A stretch of DNA of 58,914 nucleotides from a virus (lineage: Duplodnaviria > Caudoviricetes). The notes under the pieces were generated by a model. It made no database searches, was not told the origin of the DNA, and was given only the letters and a program-made list of their open reading frames with translations. A program made the position numbers and the translations under genes. Of the stretch, positions 44,906 to 54,698 are shown piece by piece (the stretch's first letter is position 1; every line of letters starts with the position of its first letter). Where the stretch lies: the IMG/VR virus record IMGVR_UViG_3300031565_014856, positions 1 through 58,914 of that record; one strand, written 5' to 3'.

Positions 44906-46309
44906 TTATTTACCGGTTGCCGCTGGAGTTGTAAGTTGCTTAGACATTGCCCCCATTATAAGGGTTTCAAGTGGTCCATTTACAGTTCCTTTTCCGCCTG
45001 CTCCACCTTGAGTATTAAAATAGGTGGTTGGCCACGTTGTCTTTGCTAATTCAGCCATCATTGCTACCTGAGCATCAAGTCTCATTTTAAGCTCTTGTTC
45101 AGGAGTAATACCAGCGGTAACTTTCTTAGTAATCTCATATGCATCAGCATCTGCCTTTACCTTAACTGTTTGTGAGTTAAGTTTCTGAGTCTCAAGTTGG
45201 ATTTGAGCTAATTCCTTATTAGTAGCCTCTTCTTTAAGTTTGGTCTCAATAGCGATAAGCTTTTTAACTTGTTCTTTTTCTTGAGCTACACGTTCAGCCG
45301 CCTTATCTCTTTCACCTTCGGCAATTATCCTTTGTTGAGTGGCCTTGGCAGTTTCGATTTTTTGTTGTTCTAACTGTCTGAGAGCTGATTCATCCCTTTG
45401 TTTTTCAAGTCTTTGTTTAAAGGTAGGATCAAGGATCAGTTGGTCAACAATAACCTGGGATACAACGATGTTGTTCTCTGACAACTCATGTTGTATTCTA
45501 ACGGGTATACCATTTACTTCAACTTTTTCTACTTGATAAGTTGTGCGGATTTCCCTTATCTGCCTTTGCGTTCCTTTTTCTTCGATGTTAGCATAAATGG
45601 TATCTTGAAAAGTATTCTTATTAACCTTAAAAGTACCACCTTTTAATTGCTCTTCGAACGTTTGTCTAAATGATTGAGCCTCCCCGGAGATGTAGTCCTG
45701 AGCTGCAAACATGTAGGCGATCTGGATCAGCTGTTCTTTTACAGTGGGGATAATAGTGTTGTTTACAAGGTTAGACATTGAACGGAATTCAACAGCCAAA
45801 CTGATAAATGTAGCTTTATCTTCTGGTAATTGGAACCTTGTAGACACGAGTCCTTGAGCAGTTACTTGATCAATGAAACGTAAATCAACCGGCTTCATGA
45901 TTCCTTCGAGTTCTTTCTCATCATATTCAACACCTTCTCCGACGACTTTAACGTCAATGTACTTTTGCCATGGATCAAGTTTTGCAAATCCTCTCCATTT
46001 GATACCTTGAACCATTACGGCATCAAGCTTTCCACCCGGGTGAACGAGTAAGTAATTATAACCCCTATCAGCAAAGAAGAAAAGGTAAGGGATCATAAAC
46101 ACAAATAGACCCACAACAACAAGTGGGATGGACAGCTTCTTTTTCAAATTTACCATCCAGTCTGGGGATTTACTTTCAACAAGTTGTCTAACTTGTTCTC
46201 CCCTGTGGTTTACACCTTCCTGATATTTGTCTTCAGTAACTGTGAAGTACTTAATGATCAAAATGGCCAAACCGCTGATCAGAATTAAAATTCCTAATAA
46301 TTGAAACAT
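44906..46309 (-). CDS. SPFH/Band-7 (flotillin-like) membrane protein
   Basis: two N-terminal TM helices, SPFH-like core, long AxE-rich coiled coil, ADA motif. Confidence 0.75.
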   Translation of the reverse strand: MFQLLGILILISGLAILIIKYFTVTEDKYQEGVNHRGEQVRQLVESKSPDWMVNLKKKLSIPLVVVGLFVFMIPYLFFFADRGYNYLLVHPGGKLDAVMVQGIKWRGFAKLDPWQKYIDVKVVGEGVEYDEKELEGIMKPVDLRFIDQVTAQGLVSTRFQLPEDKATFISLAVEFRSMSNLVNNTIIPTVKEQLIQIAYMFAAQDYISGEAQSFRQTFEEQLKGGTFKVNKNTFQDTIYANIEEKGTQRQIREIRTTYQVEKVEVNGIPVRIQHELSENNIVVSQVIVDQLILDPTFKQRLEKQRDESALRQLEQQKIETAKATQQRIIAEGERDKAAERVAQEKEQVKKLIAIETKLKEEATNKELAQIQLETQKLNSQTVKVKADADAYEITKKVTAGITPEQELKMRLDAQVAMMAELAKTTWPTTYFNTQGGAGGKGTVNGPLETLIMGAMSKQLTTPAATGK

Positions 46310-46396
46310 AATTTAATAATTTAGGTTAAACATAAAATTTGATACAAATATAATTAAATTCTTTAAAAACTTGTTAAGAAAATTGTTAAGAATTTG

Positions 46397-46918
46397 TTAA
46401 GATTTTTTATTAATAATCTCATCAAAAACATCATAAACATCTTCACCAAGGGTTTCTATAATCTTAATAGCTTGTTTCTTCGCTTCTCTTCTTTTCTTGG
46501 CTTCTCTTGATGCAATTTCCTTTTCTTTCTTAAGCTTCGTTGCAAATTTCTTCTTAATTCTTTCGTAGTGTTGATTTGCGGCTTTATTCAAACGATCATT
46601 AACTTCCTTTTCGGATTCTGTGCGGTACCCATAAAAAACAATTCCTGCGCCATAACGAGTATGTTCGGTTCTAATTGTATTGATAGGACACCCTGAAGAT
46701 TTTGCTGCTGATGCAAACCATTCTTTTACTTTTTCTATAAATTCTTCTTGGTTTAATGATGCCATTGCCGGCGTATGAAGTTCAGAATTTCCTCGTTTAT
46801 AATACTTCTTTCTTTTTGGCGTGAAGTTACCAGTGGCGATCAATTCTTTTTTAATTTGTCTTTTGATCTTTGTAGTGCCCCCCTTGAATTCTTCGTATGA
46901 TAAATCTTTAAGTATCAT
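46397..46918 (-). CDS. hypothetical protein (paralog of 46949..47419)
   Basis: shared R.ES..E...R and G.(D/E).YDVF.EI motifs. Confidence 0.6.
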   Translation of the reverse strand: MILKDLSYEEFKGGTTKIKRQIKKELIATGNFTPKRKKYYKRGNSELHTPAMASLNQEEFIEKVKEWFASAAKSSGCPINTIRTEHTRYGAGIVFYGYRTESEKEVNDRLNKAANQHYERIKKKFATKLKKEKEIASREAKKRREAKKQAIKIIETLGEDVYDVFDEIINKKS

Positions 46919-46948
46919 TTTTATTATTTCTTGAAAAACATCATAAAC

Positions 46949-47419
46949 TTAACCATTGCTTTTTATTTCTTTAAACACATCGTAAATTTCATCACCAAAT
47001 TCATCCACTATTTTCTTTAATTGATCTTTACGCCACTGTCTTTGTTTTCTTTCCTTTTCGACCTCCACTTTTTGTCTTTTCTTAAGTGCTGACATTCTTG
47101 AAGTAAGGCTTCGCTGTTTCCTCTTTTCAAGCTCTTCATTTGATTCTATACGGGCTGAATAGAATATAATGTCTCGATCCCAAAAACGGTCTTTAATTTT
47201 AATGTAAATTTCTTCGATGGGTACATTGTATTGATTTGCGAGATTCGTTTTTAGTTCTTCAAGTACTTGAATAAACTCCTGAAGAGATCTACCTTCTTCC
47301 GGCAACATTAAATCACGACTGTACGAATAAAGTTGTTTCTCTTTAACTTTACGTGGAAGGGCATTTACTATTGTGCGGATTTCTTCCTCTGTTTTTGCGG
47401 CTTTTGTTTTTTGTGTCAT
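46949..47419 (-). CDS. hypothetical protein (paralog of 46397..46918)
   Basis: shared motifs as above. Confidence 0.6.
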   Translation of the reverse strand: MTQKTKAAKTEEEIRTIVNALPRKVKEKQLYSYSRDLMLPEEGRSLQEFIQVLEELKTNLANQYNVPIEEIYIKIKDRFWDRDIIFYSARIESNEELEKRKQRSLTSRMSALKKRQKVEVEKERKQRQWRKDQLKKIVDEFGDEIYDVFKEIKSNG

Positions 47420-47420
47420 G

Positions 47421-48107
47421 TTATTCGAGAACCAATCCTTGTCCAGAAATGTTCTTAATTTTCATGTTTATATTATTGTTACTGAAAATCTTTCGTATCC
47501 CACTAACGTAAACATCCATCGAACGGCTTGTGTAATAATCATTTTTACGCCACAATCTCTCAAGAATGAGTTCCTTTTTAACAGGTTTACCAAGATTATA
47601 TGCAAGCATCTCAATTATACCACCACTTTTTTCAGAAAACACACCGCCATTTTCCTTTGTGATTTCTACGCCATTATGATACAATGTTCTGGTGTTAGGG
47701 TCATAAACACAAGACCCAAATTCAATTTTATCTTTTCTTCGCGATGTAAGTCTCTGTAAGGCATCAAAGTTTTTCTCATAATTCATAACACTCTTGATAA
47801 TTAAACTAAACAAGAGTTCATAATCTTTTCCATCAAATTCAAAGTAAATATCAGCATTATTTGATTTAACAACGTTTTTGCCAATCACCACAACTGGTAT
47901 GTATGGGTGCTTCTTCTTTATAAAATCGATAGATTTTTGTGAATATGTCGTGGAATTATCGATAACAAAGGCGCTCACATCTCCAACTGCTATGCTATCA
48001 AATAGCATCTTCTCTGCATTTGCTGGGATGATCTCAGCGATGTTCTTTGAGATCTTTATAAACCCAGAAATTATATTGGAATCTTGTGCGTTAAGAACTA
48101 TTTTCAT
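47421..48107 (-). CDS. OmpR/PhoB-family regulator with degenerate receiver domain
   Basis: C-terminal winged helix ILERLWRKNDYYTSRSMDVYVSGIRK...IKNISGQG; probable start ATG 48107. Confidence 0.8.
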   Translation of the reverse strand: MKIVLNAQDSNIISGFIKISKNIAEIIPANAEKMLFDSIAVGDVSAFVIDNSTTYSQKSIDFIKKKHPYIPVVVIGKNVVKSNNADIYFEFDGKDYELLFSLIIKSVMNYEKNFDALQRLTSRRKDKIEFGSCVYDPNTRTLYHNGVEITKENGGVFSEKSGGIIEMLAYNLGKPVKKELILERLWRKNDYYTSRSMDVYVSGIRKIFSNNNINMKIKNISGQGLVLE

Positions 48108-48144
48108 AGATGAGAGTTTATTCGTTGCCAAATATAATCAAAAA

Positions 48145-48173
48145 AGTTAAGAAATTGTTAAAAACTTTGTTAA
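48145..48173. repeat. TGTTAA direct repeats at 11-12 bp spacing (putative regulator box)
   Basis: similar pairs or triplets at 12136, 14447, 32315, 44782, 46372, 53454, 55247, 55390. Confidence 0.6.
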
Positions 48174-48538
48174 GATTTTGTTAATTTTTTTCTATCGTTA
48201 CCTAGTGCATACCTAATTATTTCCATCAATTCAACTTCATCTCCAAGAAAAACCCTGTAAACATCATCCCTATAAGGATAAATTTCCCAATAAGGTTTAC
48301 CAACACATCCCAATCGATCATAACAATCCAAGTAAACACTAACCGATTTTCCGGTATCCTTTCTCTTAACCATGAACCTAACTATGGCACCAAGAGACGG
48401 AGGTATTATTTGAACCTCACAATTGCTTGGAAATGTTAAGTAAGGTATTTTTTTCGCCCACTTCTCATATTCCTGCAATTTTTCAGCCTGACGTATTTGA
48501 TCGAAATCATCAAAACTATGTGTAAATCTTACACTCAT
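48170..48538 (-). CDS. hypothetical protein
   Basis: SVYLDCYDRLGCVGKPYWEIYP. Confidence 0.6.
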   Translation of the reverse strand: MSVRFTHSFDDFDQIRQAEKLQEYEKWAKKIPYLTFPSNCEVQIIPPSLGAIVRFMVKRKDTGKSVSVYLDCYDRLGCVGKPYWEIYPYRDDVYRVFLGDEVELMEIIRYALGNDRKKLTKS

Positions 48539-49411
48539 TTACTTGTGTATTTTTTTAAAATGTTCCAGTGTTAAATTTTTATCATTTATAAGTTCTTCTA
48601 TTTCTTCTACGGTATTCCAACCAAAATAATCCGAAGAGTTTGTCCACACTCTTAAATTTTCATTGCGGCAATTTTGTTTCTTCGATTTCTTCGTATCGTA
48701 ATTTTCAAATTTAGCACCACAATAATGAAGTGAATATTCCCCAAACTTTCCTGTTTTCTGTAATCTTTCTCTGAAATTCAATCTGTTCTGTATCCATTCC
48801 AAATCAAGGGTTTCTTTATCAGCATCTTTCATTTGTTGTAACGAATCCTCAGGGATTCTATCAATGATTAACAGCGATAACGATGCGTTTCCAAATACAT
48901 TCGGCGTAAGATTCATAAATGTAATGGATGCGTTATGATCTAAAAATGCATTATAAATGGCCTGTAAGTTTTCTTTCTCCTCTCTTCCCTTAACGATTAT
49001 TCCAAACGATCCTTCTGCCCATGCGGATAACATGGGGTCTTTTCCGTGCTCAACATTACGTTCGATCATTTGTTTGTATTCTTGAAAATCATGCGGAAGA
49101 ATCTTGTGTTCCTCAGTCAATTTTGTTTCAAGAGAATATCTGGCATTTCGTTTTGGCAACTCATGTCTACTCATTATCAAAAATGCATATTCCCCTTTTG
49201 TGGCGAAGTAAAATTTATCCTTTATAGATTTCGCTGTGCAGGTTCTAGATTTTATACCCATCGTTCGACGAGTCAATTCAGGAATTCCTAATTCGCGCTT
49301 AATTCCCTTTATACCCCACTCATGTTCAGAGGTAAAATCGTATCCCAACGAAATTCCAACGAACACTTCTTCTATGTTTATAAATCCAAAATCGTTATAT
49401 GCTAATCTCAT
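48539..49411 (-). CDS. hypothetical protein
   Basis: 290-aa ORF. Confidence 0.65.
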   Translation of the reverse strand: MRLAYNDFGFINIEEVFVGISLGYDFTSEHEWGIKGIKRELGIPELTRRTMGIKSRTCTAKSIKDKFYFATKGEYAFLIMSRHELPKRNARYSLETKLTEEHKILPHDFQEYKQMIERNVEHGKDPMLSAWAEGSFGIIVKGREEKENLQAIYNAFLDHNASITFMNLTPNVFGNASLSLLIIDRIPEDSLQQMKDADKETLDLEWIQNRLNFRERLQKTGKFGEYSLHYCGAKFENYDTKKSKKQNCRNENLRVWTNSSDYFGWNTVEEIEELINDKNLTLEHFKKIHK

Positions 49412-49734
49412 AATATTTTGACTATTGGCTCATTTGTTATTGAAGTGCGTACGTATTTTCTAATGGTGCATTTTTTACACTTGTAAATATATTCTTCGCC
49501 GACTTGTCCATCATCGGTTGTTCGAGTTATTGTTGATCTTTTTTCAACTTCCCAATCGTGGACACACCCAGAAATTCGAGCCGCTCCACACTTTGTGCAA
49601 TATTGCCATCCATCTTCAACAGCACCCCACAAATGAATACATTGTTCTGTATTTGTTTTGTTAAATGGTTTAAATATTAAAACCAAAAGAATTAAAACAC
49701 CTATGATGCCAATACCTATAATTACATAAATCAT
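49408..49734 (-). CDS. membrane-anchored Cys/His-repeat protein
   Basis: TM helix followed by two CxHxW..CxKC units. Confidence 0.55.
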   Translation of the reverse strand: MIYVIIGIGIIGVLILLVLIFKPFNKTNTEQCIHLWGAVEDGWQYCTKCGAARISGCVHDWEVEKRSTITRTTDDGQVGEEYIYKCKKCTIRKYVRTSITNEPIVKIL

Positions 49735-50354
49735 TCCTTTGTATTTTTAGATTCTTCTTCCATTTTCTTTTTAAGATCCTGAAGAACTCCCAAATCAGCA
49801 AATGTCGTGACTTGTTTCTTTTCTACCTTGTGTTCAATTTCTTTCACATCTTTCTTTTCTTTGTGATTCAATTTATCACTTTCTTGAAATTGAGAAAAGA
49901 ATCTGCTTCTAGCCATCTTCTTAGTTAACCACACGATATTTTTATCGTCCCGTAAGATACCATTCTGAGCGAGATCCAGAAGATCCTTAATACATGATAA
50001 ACAAAGCGTTGTGTCTGTTTTTTCTCCGGTCCATCCAATCACTTTGTTTTTTACAACATGTTTAATAATTGGGTGGTCTTCACGTTTAAGTTCTTCACCT
50101 TCAACAAGTGTTCGTTTTAAGAAATCACTCATGTCCTCCCGAATTTCTTGTTCTTTTTCTCCAACCCCCTCAAAATATTCGGAAATAGAAAACAGTTTTT
50201 GTCCACACACATTACATGCGTGCTTCTGTCCATTTTTAAAATCCCAAATTTTCTGTGGTTTGTCTACTGGAAGGTAGGATTGAATTAAGTGATTGACGAA
50301 CCCCTTTGCTTTTGGTTCCTCGTAGAGCTTCTCGATTGTGCTTTTTTCTGACAT
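49731..50354 (-). CDS. hypothetical protein
   Basis: CNVC, CLSC; C-terminal TFADLGVLQDLKKKME. Confidence 0.6.
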   Translation of the reverse strand: MSEKSTIEKLYEEPKAKGFVNHLIQSYLPVDKPQKIWDFKNGQKHACNVCGQKLFSISEYFEGVGEKEQEIREDMSDFLKRTLVEGEELKREDHPIIKHVVKNKVIGWTGEKTDTTLCLSCIKDLLDLAQNGILRDDKNIVWLTKKMARSRFFSQFQESDKLNHKEKKDVKEIEHKVEKKQVTTFADLGVLQDLKKKMEEESKNTKE

Positions 50355-50373
50355 ATAGATTTATTTTACACTA

Positions 50374-50589
50374 CTACTCATATTCGATATTTATTATATC
50401 TTGATCTGAGACAATGATGGTTGTTTCATCATTTTTAAAAATAGTGTGGGGTTCACTTGGAAACATTTCTCCTCCTTTTCGTATTGGGCCAGTGAGTGTT
50501 GTGTGACCAAGTTCTATTAGATCTGTACAAACCTTTTCTACCTTAATGGGTCTATGATCCAAATACGTTAATTTTTTTACTGTTTTCAT
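50374..50589 (-). CDS. hypothetical protein
   Basis: directly after promoter motif. Confidence 0.5.
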   Translation of the reverse strand: MKTVKKLTYLDHRPIKVEKVCTDLIELGHTTLTGPIRKGGEMFPSEPHTIFKNDETTIIVSDQDIINIEYE

Positions 50590-50624
50590 GATCCAAATAT
50601 AACAAAAAAATCTGAAAGTAAAAA

Positions 50625-50828
50625 CTATTTCAGTATTTTTCTTTGTAAAATTACAATGACAATCATTGCAATGGCAGTCGGCATCGTTAAAATACTAAAC
50701 CAACCCAACCACCCAAGTTCAGTTGCTTTCGCAAGAATCAAAGGCAACGCTGCCCATCCAAGCGCAAAGATAACGATAAAAAAATGTAATGCTTTAAACA
50801 ACTTAACAAATCCGTCAAAATTTAACAT
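50625..50828 (-). CDS. small membrane protein
   Basis: two TM helices. Confidence 0.5.
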   Translation of the reverse strand: MLNFDGFVKLFKALHFFIVIFALGWAALPLILAKATELGWLGWFSILTMPTAIAMIVIVILQRKILK

Positions 50829-50846
50829 GGCTTTATTTTTTTTTAA

Positions 50847-51083
50847 TTAATCCAATTCATAATCACTCATTCCAGGAGAAAGAGCAAATTTCTTATATGT
50901 GTAATACGTTTCTCCTTTCTCAAACAACCATCCATCCCTTACCATGATACCCAAAAGGATGCTTACACCATATTCACTTCGGTTATGAAGGAAATCTCTT
51001 TCTATTAATTCTTCCATGGTGGCTGGCTTCATATAAAGAGAAGCTGCAATGTCCTTTTTGATATCTGATAAACCTGCGAGCAT
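50847..51083 (-). CDS. hypothetical protein
   Basis: tiled ORF. Confidence 0.5.
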   Translation of the reverse strand: MLAGLSDIKKDIAASLYMKPATMEELIERDFLHNRSEYGVSILLGIMVRDGWLFEKGETYYTYKKFALSPGMSDYELD

Positions 51084-51478
51084 TATCTAAGTTTTACGTT
51101 GAAACGTTTTTCCCATTTTTCCATTGTTTCTTCTGGAACGTTGTGTATGTTTTGACCATTATGGCGGTTTTCAACAATAACACTTGAAGATCTGTAACCA
51201 TATTTTAAGGCTAAATCCTGATAAGGTTTTAGCTCTCTTTCAGTGGTGCTTGTATTGGCAACCAAAATCACAGGGATTCCTTTTTCCATGAACCTTCTAC
51301 ACTTACGTTGACACCACGCGTGTGACTTACCTACATTTTCTGGTTTCCAGTTATAATTACCTTTACGATCAGTGTGAAAATCATCTGCGGTACAGATTGC
51401 CTTTGACCCAAATTTTTCAGCCAATGTTGATTTGCCACTACCTGGTAATCCTCTTACTATGATTAAATCTCTATCCAT
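51083..51478 (-). CDS. polynucleotide-kinase-like P-loop protein (AAA_33)
   Basis: VRGLPGSGKSTLA, ADDF, VANT, HNVPEE; start ATG 51478. Confidence 0.82.
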   Translation of the reverse strand: MDRDLIIVRGLPGSGKSTLAEKFGSKAICTADDFHTDRKGNYNWKPENVGKSHAWCQRKCRRFMEKGIPVILVANTSTTERELKPYQDLALKYGYRSSSVIVENRHNGQNIHNVPEETMEKWEKRFNVKLR

Positions 51479-51498
51479 GCGGCTAATATAACAATTTT

Positions 51499-51969
51499 TT
51501 ATAACATGAACACCTGAATTGTCCACAAAATTGCATTAAATGCCCACAACCAAGTTTGCCATTGTTTGTAACCATTCGATAATAACGAAAATACAAGCGC
51601 TGAACATGATGTTATGGCTGCTCCTATTACGGCAAAATCACTATCATTTCCATTGAACGTAGATATTATGCTGATAAACATAAATGTGACTGCTATTATA
51701 GCTGTAACTACAAATCCAATTTTCCAAAAGTCTTCGTTTTGTTCCCGTAGAATTCTTAAGTCGTTTCCTATTTGCATGGCTGCTTGTCCTTCACGTACTT
51801 CACGAAATCCCTGACGTTCCCTTGGAATATGAATCTCTCTGTCACTAAGATCAACCCGTACGTTCCTTCTATAATTTGTCATCCTATAACGATGATCTGG
51901 AATGTGTTCCTGGTTTGGGATGGGTTCCCCATCAGGAAGCAAAATCGGTGGTTCATTTCTTTCTGCCAT
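51499..51969 (-). CDS. hypothetical membrane protein
   Basis: C-terminal TM helices. Confidence 0.55.
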   Translation of the reverse strand: MAERNEPPILLPDGEPIPNQEHIPDHRYRMTNYRRNVRVDLSDREIHIPRERQGFREVREGQAAMQIGNDLRILREQNEDFWKIGFVVTAIIAVTFMFISIISTFNGNDSDFAVIGAAITSCSALVFSLLSNGYKQWQTWLWAFNAILWTIQVFML

Positions 51970-52333
51970 TTGTCAAGTGTTCTTTAAACTGTTCTTTAAG
52001 TTGTGTCATTTTTTCTACAAACGCCGGGAATCTTGTTAGGCCGGTGATGTATCTCTCTTGGTTTTCAGAAAAGTATGGATATAGCTTATCATTAATTTCA
52101 TAGAAAATAGGCATTTCCAATTTTGGATTAAATGTAAAACGCGCAAGTAATTCTCCACGATAATGAACCTCTCCGCCTCCAATCGTTGCCTGTTCAGCAA
52201 TATCAAGATTTGTGTAGGTATAAAGCCAATGAATCACGTTACCCATAGATTCGTATTGATAGTGACTCCAAAAACCACCCAGCGAATTTGAGTATAGGTT
52301 TTCAAATTTTATTTCGTCTTGTGACTTTTCCAT
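51953..52333 (-). CDS. hypothetical protein
   Basis: tiled ORF. Confidence 0.55.
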   Translation of the reverse strand: MEKSQDEIKFENLYSNSLGGFWSHYQYESMGNVIHWLYTYTNLDIAEQATIGGGEVHYRGELLARFTFNPKLEMPIFYEINDKLYPYFSENQERYITGLTRFPAFVEKMTQLKEQFKEHLTNGRKK

Positions 52334-52758
52334 TATTTTATATTTGCAAGTTCAAGTTTACGTGCTTCTAAAACGTTTTTGGCTTTTTCGAGATATTCCT
52401 TGCTGTAGTTTCTTTTATCTCTACACAAACGTTCGTAATCCCAGAAGGCCTGGTTTACTCGACTTTGTGCTTTCGCTCTTTGCTTTTTAATGAGCGCTTT
52501 TTTTACACGCTCCCCTTCATCAAGAACCTTCGATCCTGTTACAGTAAGTTCAATGATGTCAGGAGTGCCAAACTTTGGGTATTCGCTGGCCCAAAAAGTT
52601 ACTTGGGTACGGGCGGGTCCAATCTTCTGATAAACCTTGGCACTTTGGATATCATCAACCCATGATTGACCATATCCACTATATCCTTTTGCACGAAAGT
52701 ATTTTCCGTCTTTGGATTTTACGATGTAAAAAGTTAATTCTTCTGTCATGAGTCCCAA
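52333..52758 (-). CDS. hypothetical protein
   Basis: tiled ORF. Confidence 0.6.
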   Translation of the reverse strand: MGLMTEELTFYIVKSKDGKYFRAKGYSGYGQSWVDDIQSAKVYQKIGPARTQVTFWASEYPKFGTPDIIELTVTGSKVLDEGERVKKALIKKQRAKAQSRVNQAFWDYERLCRDKRNYSKEYLEKAKNVLEARKLELANIK

Positions 52759-52970
52759 AATATTAAAACATTAATAATAAGAGCGAAAGTAGTAAACACC
52801 AACCCTATGATTCCAAGGGTTAACGATGCTTGCCATACGCTCAGAACAAAGACGACGCCCATCATTGTGTTTGGGGCGATGTCTTTTCCATTTTCCATTC
52901 CGGACCATACAGATACCATAAACGTAATTGCAAACCAAATTCCGGAAACGAGTGCGATTGCTAATAACAT
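52746..52970 (-). CDS. small membrane protein
   Basis: hydrophobic ORF. Confidence 0.5.
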   Translation of the reverse strand: MLLAIALVSGIWFAITFMVSVWSGMENGKDIAPNTMMGVVFVLSVWQASLTLGIIGLVFTTFALIINVLIFWDS

Positions 52971-53133
52971 AGTTGTGCTGTTTATTTGTGAGTTTTTATC
53001 ATTTGATCAATGAAGTCATTTAACTTCTCTTCTTCAGGCTTTGTTTCCTCAATGAGACGATCCATTTCAGCGTTACGTGTTTTACACATCTCGTCAATTT
53101 CTTTGTCCGCTTTTGATTTTTTCCAAAACATAA

Positions 53134-53388
53134 TTAGATAGTTATAAGTGAATCAAATTGAGTACCGTCTTCTTCATTAAGTTTTGCAACGAATGAGGAT
53201 TGGTTTACGAACAATTTGTGTTGTCCTTTTGTAATTCTTTGTTCGAGGGTTAGGATGGCGTAAGGGGGAACTTCATTTTTTAGAATGAGATTCAATGCTT
53301 TTCTCCTTTTTCGGGTGGAATCTTTACCAAAAGTATAGATGCCAATTTTCCGCCCATCAAATTCTTGTATTGATTCTAAGATATACAT
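53134..53388 (-). CDS. hypothetical protein
   Basis: after promoter motif. Confidence 0.5.
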   Translation of the reverse strand: MYILESIQEFDGRKIGIYTFGKDSTRKRRKALNLILKNEVPPYAILTLEQRITKGQHKLFVNQSSFVAKLNEEDGTQFDSLITI

Positions 53389-53470
53389 AGTGCTGTTAAT
53401 TTAGTGCTAATATAATAAAAATCCCCGAGACTAAAAAATCCCGGGGATAGTATTTAACATTTTTTAACAT

Positions 53471-53992
53471 TTACACCTTGGAGTAATTACGTGCGGCGGT
53501 CTTTCCTTTACAGACATCGTCCGCGACGTGAGATGCAGCCCAAGCGTGAGGCTTGCCTTGTGCTTCGTAACCCATTCCCTTAACAAATCCAAGACCCGCT
53601 GCGTAAAGAACGTTAGAGTATTCTTCCACCTTACTGTTGTAGTCAAGGTGGATCTTAATGTTCTTAGTACAACCATCAAGCATTTGAGCAGTTTGAATGG
53701 TAAATTCTGCTTCAGCCCAAAGCTTTTGGTAGATGTCACTCTTTACACTTTTACTCTTGTCGTCGTAAGATGCAGAAATAACGTGAGCACCGTGACCCCT
53801 TCCGCTTTCGTCAACAAAGTGCATAACGATAACTGTGGAGTACTTAATACATTTTGTGTGCTCTTGTGAGTCACATCCAATGGTTACTTCTCCATAAGGA
53901 TTTTCCTTAATCCAATCTTTTACGTACTTGTTAACATCTGGAACGATAGTTCCATCAACTTTTCTAAAAATAAGGTTTTTCTTTTCGGTCAT
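53471..53992 (-). CDS. RNase H-like YkuK/DUF458-family protein
   Basis: IGCDSQ, KLWAEAE, IHLDYN, KPHAWAASHVAD. Confidence 0.82.
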   Translation of the reverse strand: MTEKKNLIFRKVDGTIVPDVNKYVKDWIKENPYGEVTIGCDSQEHTKCIKYSTVIVMHFVDESGRGHGAHVISASYDDKSKSVKSDIYQKLWAEAEFTIQTAQMLDGCTKNIKIHLDYNSKVEEYSNVLYAAGLGFVKGMGYEAQGKPHAWAASHVADDVCKGKTAARNYSKV

Positions 53993-54021
53993 GATACCCT
54001 CCTTTCTTGTTTTTATTAAAT

Positions 54022-54051
54022 AAAAAAAGCCTCCCTATCAAGAGAGGCTTT
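54022..54051 (-). terminator. attenuator terminator upstream of the YkuK-like gene
   Basis: AAAGCCTCTC...GGGAGGCTTTTTTT. Confidence 0.75.
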
Positions 54052-54076
54052 ATTCAGCTTTATGTGTTCTTAATAG

Positions 54077-54175
54077 TTACATCAGTCGAAATCTAGCACT
54101 CTCGCAAAATTGCATATCGGTCGCATACCCTAGAGGGGCGAGTGACGATAATGATATGCGATTTAACGTTTTCAT
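54077..54175 (-). CDS. putative 32-aa leader peptide (MKTLNRISLSSLAPLGYATDMQFCESARFRLM)
   Basis: short ORF between promoter (54212) and terminator; contains GAGAGTGCT complementary to the terminator 5' arm. Confidence 0.55.
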   Translation of the reverse strand: MKTLNRISLSSLAPLGYATDMQFCESARFRLM

Positions 54176-54229
54176 GATTGCTAAATTTTTATAATATATC
54201 TATTTATACACGGCAAATATAACAAAGTT

Positions 54230-54517
54230 TTACTTAATTACAACTTTTTTATCGTTTTTTTCTATGGTGTACCAAAGCTTTCCGGTTTTAAAGGCTTCAG
54301 TTACTTTTATTCCTTTCATATAATGGTTACCGAATGTTGTTCTTCGGTGTCTTAAACCAGGAAGGTGCTTATTGGCTTCTTCCTTTGTCGAGAATTTTTT
54401 AGCTCCATTAAGATCTCCCCATCGAGGAAGACCAAGCATATAGTCGTTAAAATAGTATAACCTACTTTTTCCGTCTTCGTTTATTTTTCGTTTTATAACG
54501 AATGTTTGCGTCTCCAT
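54230..54517 (-). CDS. hypothetical protein
   Basis: tiled ORF. Confidence 0.55.
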   Translation of the reverse strand: METQTFVIKRKINEDGKSRLYYFNDYMLGLPRWGDLNGAKKFSTKEEANKHLPGLRHRRTTFGNHYMKGIKVTEAFKTGKLWYTIEKNDKKVVIK

Positions 54518-54698
54518 AATCTAAGTTTTTAAGAGCTTCATATGGAGTCTCACCCGCGGACAGAATTTTATCCTGACAGATGATCATCCATTTTCCAGCT
54601 CCGCGTTGATACGTCTGCTTAACTATTACAGCTTCAATGGTGACCGCATAAACTTTGTCACTAAGCTTTTTTGCAAATACTCTTCCAGTCTTACCCAT
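54462..54698 (-). CDS. hypothetical protein
   Basis: tiled ORF. Confidence 0.45.
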   Translation of the reverse strand: MGKTGRVFAKKLSDKVYAVTIEAVIVKQTYQRGAGKWMIICQDKILSAGETPYEALKNLDYGDANIRYKTKNKRRRKK

